NCBI GenBank assembly: GCA_002633005.1
Contig: NMRA01000717.1
Span: forward strand, 120,075-184,074
Source of the DNA: Phoronis australis
Lineage: Eukaryota > Animalia > Phoronida
Reading direction: 5' to 3'
DNA: 64,000 bases
Shown here: piece by piece, positions 55,249 through 64,000 of the stretch
Layout of the letters: each line of letters begins with the position of its first letter
Numbering within the stretch: the first letter of the stretch is position 1
The notes under the pieces: model-generated
What the model was told of the DNA's origin: nothing
The model's input: the letters and a program-made list of their open reading frames with translations, nothing else
Database searches by the model: none
Position numbers and translations under genes: made by a program

Positions 55249-56013
55249 ATATCATGTTAACTTTATGTGCTTGTTGACATTATTCCTCACTGCTCAACAT
55301 ATCATTTCTGTCATGTGATAACAGCATTTGACAAGGAGTTAAACTGCAAATTCCACTATAAAGGCGTATGTACATGTTCCTAACTACGGTAATGTATAGC
55401 AGGAACTAAACGACAATGCTGTTTGAACATCAGTCATCTACACTAAACAAAGTGCAGTTGTATTCAGTGAAAACTTGAACATGTGAAAACAACAAAACTT
55501 TTGCACCAATGACGTCACCTTGGGAACTCACTTAGCCCCTGTCGTGCAGTTTCTTTGACACCACGTGACCATGCTCACTGAACACGGTAGAGCATTAACT
55601 AGGTAAGCCAACACCGACTAGAGCAACGTTTTTCGTGAAAATAACGGTTGAGGAGTTCACGGCCTATCAATTTTTTTGAAAGCAAGAAAAAGTCCAGTCT
55701 CGCCTGCTGCACACAATTTTTGCGTCTCTATATACGTAAACCAGTTTTATGTCTGGTGGAATTCCCGAAAATAGATCTACGAGGTATAAGATATGTTTTT
55801 GTTGGTGATACGAAAGTCGAAACTAGTCTCGTCATTGGCTGGATTACCTTTTTTGATTTCCTAGATATTCGGAGATTTTTCCATCTCCTTCGAGGGCATG
55901 TCGACTGTGATGAATCGCGGGAACTCTGGTCACGTAGGATCTAGAAACTGTCTGTAAACTCTCGTTCCAAGATGAATGTGATTTAAATCTGACGCCATCT
56001 ACATGTAACTAGT

Positions 56014-56418
56014 GTGTTGAGGGAAGGCTGTGATGTAACTGGCCTCCTGCACAACTCTCTCGAACCAGTTGTTTTCTTATCACCGGATCTCATTGAACTC
56101 ATGAGTATGTTGATGCGGGTAATATTAATACACATCGTCAATGTAATAGACCCGACACGGCCGACCGTTGTATCCACACTGACCCATCAACTGGGTGTCT
56201 GGCCGCGCGGTGTGTGTGTAGACCCACACGGTCACATTCTGGTGGCAGACGGTGACAATCATCAGGTGATTTTATACAACAACGCACGTGCACACGTGAT
56301 CGTGCCCCGTGGTGGTGTCCAGTATCCAGCTGGTTTATGTCTTCCGGCCGCGGGTCAGGTGTCTGTAGTGAAGTGTAGTACAGGTGTGGTGAAGATATTT
56401 CAGAACTTGGAGGACTAA
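56014..56418 (+). pseudogene. C-terminal NHL-repeat (TRIM-NHL-like beta-propeller) fragment
   Basis: WPRGVCVDPHGHILVADGDNHQVILYN and YPAGLCL..GQVSVV..TGVVKIFQ are NHL blades; AATAAA at ~56627; no upstream RING/B-box/NHL exons are seen between the PRRC2 end and here. Confidence 0.6.
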
Positions 56419-57019
56419 CGTTATGTAGTACTGAACAACGCGTGTGTTTCACAAGCACGGTGATATTTTGATAACTAGAATATCGTTCGTCTGCGCAGTT
56501 TGATGTGTGTTTTTAAACGTTAATCTCGTCTTGTGTAGATAGGGTGAAGCATGAACTAGTACTTCCATGTAGATGTTTGTTGGTAGTTATTTACGACTGT
56601 TGACAAGTGTTTAAGTTGTTTATTTTAATAAACTTGTAAGTAACACGACCATTCTTTTGAAGTTTGATGTATGCTTCCGTTTGTCTTTTACATTTTGGTG
56701 CGTTGTTTCACGTTTAGTGTTTTGAAAACAATCACTATAATGCTGGTGAATTTTAATTGAAAATTATTCCGATAAACTTGGTTTTGTACAAGATGACTGG
56801 GGAACTTGTGAAATAAGTCTAACATTAGCACTAGCTTATACAGTATTATGAATTTCTTTTAGTAAAAACGTATTTTAACTCCACGGTAACCATCTGATGT
56901 TTTTACAAATATAAGTTTACTGAGGTCTTTGGTGATTATTAGGTAACTTCAAACTCAAATTTCTCAAAATTGTGCAACTTTATATGTGGGAACTGTTTAG
57001 ATTTTGAAAACGGCGACAT

Positions 57020-57290
57020 CCCGTTGCTCCCAACTTGTTCGATTGTATAGCCCAACAACAAGTTTGGAAGTTTACCCCCCGTATCCAATTAACTCCATTC
57101 TGGCGTTGATGGTTGGAGGGCCTGCGCTCTCAAAGTTTGTTTGATTATTGCTCTAATCTCCGATCAGATCGTATCTAGCCTGACTGGGGTGGGTTGATAA
57201 AAATGAAAGTTAAGTTAAGCCAGGTATTATCGCACGTTAAGCAACCCTCACGTCTGGAAAAGTTATTGAACGACAGGACACTGTAATGTG
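57020..57290. mobile_element. dispersed repeat family copy 3 (internally deleted)
   Basis: Aligns by eye with 7890-8100 and ~8375-8430. Confidence 0.65.
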
Positions 57291-58581
57291 TAGTACTTCA
57301 GTGAAAATCACACTACAAAACTCTTGACAATATTACGATTATGAATAAGTGATCGATAGGTTTGATCAAGATTACAAAACTTACATGCAGTGCAGAAAGA
57401 TGCATATACAAGCCTACAAAAAGGGAAACTTCGATTAATTTTAATGAACTTTGATTCTTCAGCACTTTGTACATTGAGGCCAAACGTTCACGAAGGTAGT
57501 CAAGAGGCGACATCTATTGTTTTCGCTGTGTTCAAGTCAGAAATTGGTTTATTGGAGTAGGCAGATACTTATATATTGACCGACAGACGGTGTGTGTTCC
57601 TTCAGTACCAAAATTGTTGAATACGAATACCGTTTAACTTTAACTGAAATACATACACTGGACTCTGAGAAAGTTATATTGAAGTATATTTTTGTAAGAA
57701 CATTTCGGTATATGAATTAATGAAATTAATGTCAACAAATGATAATTCACAACTCGTTAAGTTCTGTAATGAATTTCCGCATCATTTCAACTTCGTCAGA
57801 GCTTGTTACGTCATTAAGATTTCAACTGTTGTTTTTGTACGATTGCCAATCACATTTGTTATAGAAATTAAATTGATTATTGATTGATTAATTGAATTAA
57901 AGGCATCATAATATCCCTTCCACTTGACTAAGCCTCTTCAGTTGTTTTTTCTTTCTTTAGTTATTTTCTCTTGCTGAACGCTTGTTGTTTTTTCTAAAGT
58001 AATTCAAGTTTAACGAAAGTACCTTTTATTTCCTCTAAATTGTGTTGTGTTATTTTGTAAGTGACTAGAATGGTATTTTGCAATGATGAAGCGACAAAAA
58101 CCTCCTTCGTTCATCGATCTCGCTACACACCCTCTTATATGTTTCAATTGTCTTAGTAATCTCTAATCCCCAACAACGAACCGAGATCCAACCGTCTCTC
58201 GTTTATAATGATCGGGATAAAGGGTCTTGCATAATGCATGTTTTTTCTTCCTTATTGGAGTTAATAGATACGATTTTATTGGTGCATAGATTAACGGAAC
58301 CATCCGTCGAGGGCGTCCATACCGTAGTGAAGTTGACTTAATAATACAAGTTTTCTTTGTTCATCTTCCTGTTCTCTCAGGTTTTGTTATTATCATAACA
58401 ATACAGTCCAACAAATTCTCGAACATCCATATTTCAACTAACATTTGCCTTGCTTGACCCTAGTTCCTTAATGTCCTCAACATTAGATTTACAAGTCTTA
58501 TCGCTAACGTAACAGGTCACGTGGCACTACACTGAATGTGATCTAATCCAAAAATACATACGATTTCGGACTAGGGTGTAT

Positions 58582-61500
58582 TTTTCTATTTGCTAATTCA
58601 CTTTGTCTGTTAAACGTAGTGGGTTTCCTGCGCGTGCGACATCAGACATCTGGCAACTGAAGTAGCTAGGCCTACCTCTCTTCAGGAATATTTTTAAATA
58701 CTGCAATGGCACGTGTTGAAGGTTTCAAGCTTACATTGAGTTTTGTTTTTAAACAAAAATTAAAAGGGCTACCTTCAAGCCCTAACCATCAGTTTCAGTT
58801 TAGACCTAAACATCAGTCTAAGTATTCACAGTATACGGTGCCAAAGAAATTCAAATGTGTTTTGCATGGCATAGACATTTGGAAAAGGACGCAGTTGGCT
58901 TCATTCAGAAACAAAGGGTAGGTCCAGTACAGATTTTGTTTGCTCCCAATCGGGGATACTAAGAGGTCTGTATGATATAACATGAGTAGGAGAGGAAGCC
59001 GCGTGGCCCACGTGATGACAGTTGCAAGACTATAGCTGTGTAAGAAAATTCATTTGTCAACATTAAATCAATAAATTGTTGAATAATTCAGATAATCCAC
59101 TTCATGCTACTCCAAATTCCAAGTTATTCTTTGAACCTTTGGGGACACTCTTTATATGACTAAGCAATAAATTATCAAAAAGGACCACGCTGGCCCATGA
59201 CTAGACTTTCCAAACCGAGGCCTACTTTTGGGGAATGCCGAGAGTCGGCACTGAGCTTGAGTCAGAGACTTGGGTGATAATCATATCGCCTATCTATTTA
59301 TAGGCTCTGGTTTGGTATCCTTTTAAGCCGGGCTTAATATTTAGTTAAAGATGTCACAATCGAACACTCAGAATAAAATGTGAGAGTAGCCGGTAAAAAA
59401 ACGAATTATGACAAACAACAAGGCGCGTTGACGGATTCTCTACTTGAATTGGAAGGCAACCCCGCAGACACAGATCCCACCCATGGCCAACTCTTCCAGA
59501 TCTTACCAGGTAATATTGACCAATCAGGAACAAACTCACGGGCGAGGCCCAGATTCCCAGAAAAGTGGCTGACCATCATGAAATCAGTCCACTAAGACGG
59601 AGTCAAAACACCTGGCCACTTGAGGGCGCGCCAAATCTTTCTACCAAGGGTAGCCGAAAGGTAGCAGCACAGACAAAAGACCTGAAAGAAAATTGCATGC
59701 CCAAGCGAGACAGCTCTCTTTTACTGGATTATAAAAGCTGGTCTCAGTTCAACCTCACGCCAGTCCGCAGTTGTTTAGTTCGAGGTAAAGTGCGACCATG
59801 TGCGGCCGAACAGCATGGTAATTATTAATATCTTTTCTCTGGGTAAATGGGATTTTGCTAGACTGTCAGTGACATGCCCATGGCAAGGCATGGCATGGGT
59901 AGGGAGAACAACATTTTTCAAAAATTTTAGAAAATGTGCATGTAATATACATCACGAGAAAGCTCTCTACAAGACTAAAAGAACGGTGCAAAAAATTTTT
60001 AAATCGGACTTACGGTTCCGGAGAAAATGGTGTTTTTGTGTCAAATTTTTTGGTAAAAATTCTGTCAAATCAAATTTGTGAGTTTGAAATATAATGGTTA
60101 CAAATCTACGTAACCTAGACAGACATGTTATACATCATTTCAAAGAAAATTTTATGATGAATAATTTGCAAAAAAGAACATTCCGATTGGACATTCCTGT
60201 GCGAAGATATTGACCTTAAAGTCAACAAAGTCGACGAAGAAAAGTCATTACGTTCAATTTTGTCGTTTCAAATTGGCATAAAATAACAATCACTCAAGAA
60301 AAAAAAATAAGCTAGTATCATTTCAAGATTTTTCATCAGGGAAGTTGAAATCTGATAATTGGTTTGGGCAAATTATTAATATTATTTTGTGACTTTTTTG
60401 TTGACATGCAGTTTGCGACTTACTTAACTTTGTCAAAATGCATTACTTAAAAAAATTAAAGATAAACAACATCATTTCAAATATGTATTGATGAAAAGTA
60501 TGATAAACAAAAATTTTAATACAAGCTTCATACAGTAAATAGAAATTAAACATACTTTCCACAACAATGTAACAAAATGTAGACCTTGTCTTGAGCCATG
60601 CAGGAAAGTTCATGCTATGCCGGAAACGACAACTGCAATATTNTTTTCTATTTGCTAATTCACTTTGTCTGTTAAACGTAGTGGGTTTCCTGCGCGTGCG
60701 ACATCAGACATCTGGCAACTGAAGTAGCTAGGCCTACCTCTCTTCAGGAATATTTTTAAATACTGCAATGGCACGTGTTGAAGGTTTCAAGCTTACATTG
60801 AGTTTCGTTTTTAAACAAAAATTAAAAGGGCTACCTTCAAGCCCTAACCATCAGTTTCAGTTTAGACCTAAACATCAGTCTAAGTATTCACAGTATACGG
60901 TGCCAAAGAAATTCAAATGTGTTTTGCATGGCATAGACATTTGGAAAAGGACGCAGTTGGCTTCATTCAGAAACAAAGGGTAGGTCCAGTACAGATTTTG
61001 TTTGCTCCCAATCGGGGATACTAAGAGGTCTGTATGATATAACATGAGTAGGAGAGGAAGCCGCGTGGCCCACGTGATGACAGTTGCAAGACTATAGCTG
61101 TGTAAGAAAATTCATTTGTCAACATTAAATCAATAAATTGTTGAATAATTCAGATAATCCACTTCATGCTACTCCAAATTCCAAGTTATTCTTTGAACCT
61201 TTGGGGACACTCTTTATATGACTAAGCAATAAATTATCAAAAAGGACCACGCTGGCCCATGACTGGACTTTCCAAACCGAGGCCTACTTTTGGGGAATGC
61301 CGAGAGTCGGCACTGAGCTTGAGTCAGAGACTTGGGTGATAATCATATCGCCTATCTATTTATAGGCTCTGGTTTGGTATCCTTTTAAGCCGGGCTTAAT
61401 ATTTAGTTAAAGATGTCACAATCGAACACTCAGAATAGAGTAGCCGGTAAAAAAACGAATTATGACAAACCCAAGGCGCGTTGACGGATTCTCTACTTGA

Positions 61501-61952
61501 ATTGGAAGGCAACCCCGCAGACACAGATCCCACCCGTGGCCAATTCTTCCAGATCTTACCAGGTAATATTGACCAATCAGGAACAAACTCACGGGCGAGG
61601 CCCAGATTCCCAGAAAAGTGGCTGACCATCATGAAATCAGTCCACTAAGACGGAGTCAAAACACCTGGCCACTTGAGGGCGCGCCAAATCTTTCTACCAA
61701 GGGTAGCCGAAAGGTAGCAGCACAGACAAAAGACCTGAAAGAAAATTGCATGCCCAAGCGAGACAGCTCTCTTTTACTGGATTATAAAAGCTGGTCTCAG
61801 TTCAACCTCAGGCCAGTCCGCAGTTGTTTAGTTCGAGGTAAAGTGCGACCATGTGCGGCCGAACAGCATGGTAATTATTAATATCTTTTCTCTGGGTAAA
61901 TGGGATTTTGCTAGACTGTCAGTGACATGCCCATGGCAAGGCATGGCATGGG
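58582..61952. other. ~1.3-kb direct duplication (58582-59899 vs 60644-61952) around a single N; probable haplotype overlap
   Basis: Near-identical copies; the second starts immediately after N 60643. Confidence 0.85.
59900..60642. mobile_element. AT-rich sequence present in one haplotype only (probable transposon end)
   Basis: After the shared ...ggcatggcatggg, copy 1 continues tagggagaacaac... whereas copy 2 continues ctgtgcagc. Confidence 0.5.
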
Positions 61953-62149
61953 CTGTGCAGCACTGAAAATTGACTGAAAATGGTGAACTGTTAGGTTTTC
62001 ATAAAAACGTTGGACATTTATTTCATTCACAATGCTGACAACAATTGTGTTTTCTATTAATTTGGCCCAAAACCAACATTATGAGCTCCAGTCATGCCGG
62101 TGAATGAGTTAAGAGTGGTATTATGTAGTGACTGGCATCATGATCAATA

Positions 62150-62225
62150 CACAGGCGTCCTCAGCTTCTGATCGTCCCCAATACACTACAGTATTGGGGA
62201 CGATCAGAAGCTGAGGACGCCTGTG
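62150..62225. mobile_element. 76-bp perfect-hairpin mini-element with 8-bp TSD
   Basis: 35-bp arms cacaggcgtcctcagcttctgatcgtccccaatac and its exact reverse complement, 6-nt loop; TSD gatcaata at 62142-62149 and 62226-62233. Confidence 0.9.
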
Positions 62226-62232
62226 GATCAAT

Positions 62233-62655
62233 AGACCCTATTCACGCCAACAGGAGGCGCGTTCCAAAACGAGGCTCGCTACGATAGCTCTGGTGGCTTA
62301 TCCGCGTAGTTGTACTCCGCGTTGCTCGAACAGCTAGAAAAAATACAGACACTCTGTTTTACAATCCCTAAGGACGTTGGGATTCGGAAGCGTTGGGTCC
62401 TTGCCATACGCCGCGACGAAGGAAATTATGTCCGTGTAAAATTTATAACTTTTCGAATCATAATTTGTCGCATCTCGGACTGGATGCTGCCATAGCAACG
62501 AGGACCGGAGAAGCTTCGGCCAGCCAGCCTGTGTTTTCATGACTATGGGTTGAAGCGCGATGCATTTTTCGTTACAAAAAGGACAGGGCCCTCAATCCCT
62601 CAATTTCGGGGCCAAATATCAGTCCTCTTCCCCTCTNACCGCATGAATAGAGTCT
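62233..62655 (+). mobile_element. TIR element with THAP-domain remnant (ISL2EU-like)
   Basis: TIR agaccctattcacgc / gcatgaatagagtct flanked by AT; internal CFTIPKDVGIRKRWVLAIRRDEG resembles the THAP core; contains an N at 62637. Confidence 0.6.
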
Positions 62656-62777
62656 ATGGAGACGTATAGTCGGTATACACCAAACAACACTCGACGCTGT
62701 GATGGAAAACCTCGCATATCAAATCTCATGGTAGTGGAAGCCATGATTTCTGATCACTAGAAATGCATTGCTACATA

Positions 62778-63306
62778 CAGGGCTTGGAATTTTCCGCGGA
62801 AACGCGGATTTCCGCTTTTTTCAAATGTGCTTTCCGCTTTTTTTATAATATTTCGGCGTCAAAAATCGGATTTGATATAAAATTTCCGCGGCAAATTCCT
62901 TTTTTACCGTGGCGTTGCAGACGACATTCACCTCGAAAAGCGGAAGTTGCTCTTTAGGTTTCGGAGGAACGTAAATTGTCAACATTGCCGGGGCATCTGG
63001 GACAGCGTGGTGGGATTTTCAATGGCGTCTCGTGTTATTGTTAAGCTCGGCGACAAATACTACCGCTCTGCAGCCAAAAATGTGTGGGTTGGGAGTGGAC
63101 GGGCGAGCTAAAAGGACGCAGACGCATGCTACTGATGGTGGTAACGTTTTCTTATTTTTTTTTTATTTTTTTTCTTTATTTTTTTTTTAGTCCTCCCGAT
63201 TTTTGTCGGGGAAAGGTTCACATTGACCATTTCAAGGCTGGTTATCGCACATGATTTGGGCCGTAAACGTTTCCGCGTATTTTGTCACTGGTCATTCCAA
63301 GCCCTG
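62778..63306 (+). mobile_element. CAGGGCTTGGAAT-TIR MITE (hAT-like, 6-bp TSD)
   Basis: Homologous to 31337-31840; TSD tacata/tacata. Confidence 0.85.
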
Positions 63307-63802
63307 TACATATTAGGCAGTACTTTGTTGCTCATTGGGTGTAGCAGATCACGTGTGGACAAAACATCCAGATGAGTGACTCTTGGCTATAAGTGTACCA
63401 AATTTCCCTTAAAATTAATGGATGACTCTGTGGTCTAGTGGTTAGAACACTGGTCGGAAAATCTTAACGTCTTCAAGAGAAAGGAAATAGTGTCATTACG
63501 TGACATGAGAATATCATGTTCAGACCTTGCTACACCAAGACGAGGCTAGTCGATGTGCTTTTGTCTCTTAGGATGTCAAAGGACATCTGGCCCTAGCCCA
63601 GCAGCAAGTCGAACCTACTAGTAATCACAACGACATTATCGAGGGAATTGAACGTGTAAATCTTTGTAATAAAGTTGTGCTTCTGTAACAATTCCCACCA
63701 GCTTAGGTTTATTGCATTGGAACCACTGAGGTATGGTTATGTGCTAGTACTGCCCACAGCTAATGTGTCCAGTAGGCTACCTTCTACACACACTTCTTGA
63801 TA

Positions 63803-64000
63803 ACCTGATCCATGGTCTCAGGGCCCTCTGTATATCACCTGATCCAAGGTCTCAGGCCCCTCAGTATCTCACCTGATCCAAGGCCTCGGGGCTCTCTGTA
63901 TATCACCTGATCCAAGGTCTCAGGCCCGTTTGTACCTCACCTGATCCAAGGTCTCAGGCCCCTCTGTATATCACCTGATCCAAGGTCTTAGGCCCCTCTG
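63803..64000. repeat. 34-bp minisatellite, continuing beyond window
   Basis: cacctgatccaaggtctcaggcccctctgtatat repeated ~6 times. Confidence 0.95.

Noticed and set aside
58706-61881. Duplicated 71-aa and 87-aa ORFs as tandem paralogs
   Set aside because: No homology recognised; the duplication is explained by the haplotype overlap at N 60643.

Overview
Intron-rich invertebrate animal genomic DNA (probably lophotrochozoan; not determinable from sequence alone). It holds the 3' end of a multi-kringle protein gene (+, 1-7340). Next come a complete QTRT2/QTRTD1 gene (queuine tRNA-ribosyltransferase accessory subunit, -, 10948-18741) and a large ~33-exon PRRC2/BAT2 gene (+, CDS 24526-52804), apparently head-to-head around a very compact ETS-CRE/octamer/YY1 promoter (~20.7 kb). 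An NHL-repeat fragment lies at ~56.1-56.4 kb. There are also many non-autonomous DNA transposons and tandem repeats. Notable items: (i) a Helentron-like element carrying 11 co-oriented CTCF-like motifs at ~145-bp spacing between two convergent genes, with a second copy inside PRRC2; (ii) two intronic C/D box snoRNAs in PRRC2 with a SNORD110-like 18S guide; (iii) an out-of-frame uORF overlapping the PRRC2 start codon; (iv) recurrent tandem duplication of splice junctions; (v) CAG/CAC-terminal elements with 5-, 6-, 8- and 9-bp TSDs, including a perfect 76-bp hairpin element. Several apparent duplications flank single Ns and are most likely uncollapsed haplotypes. Exon boundaries were read by eye and need RNA-seq confirmation.
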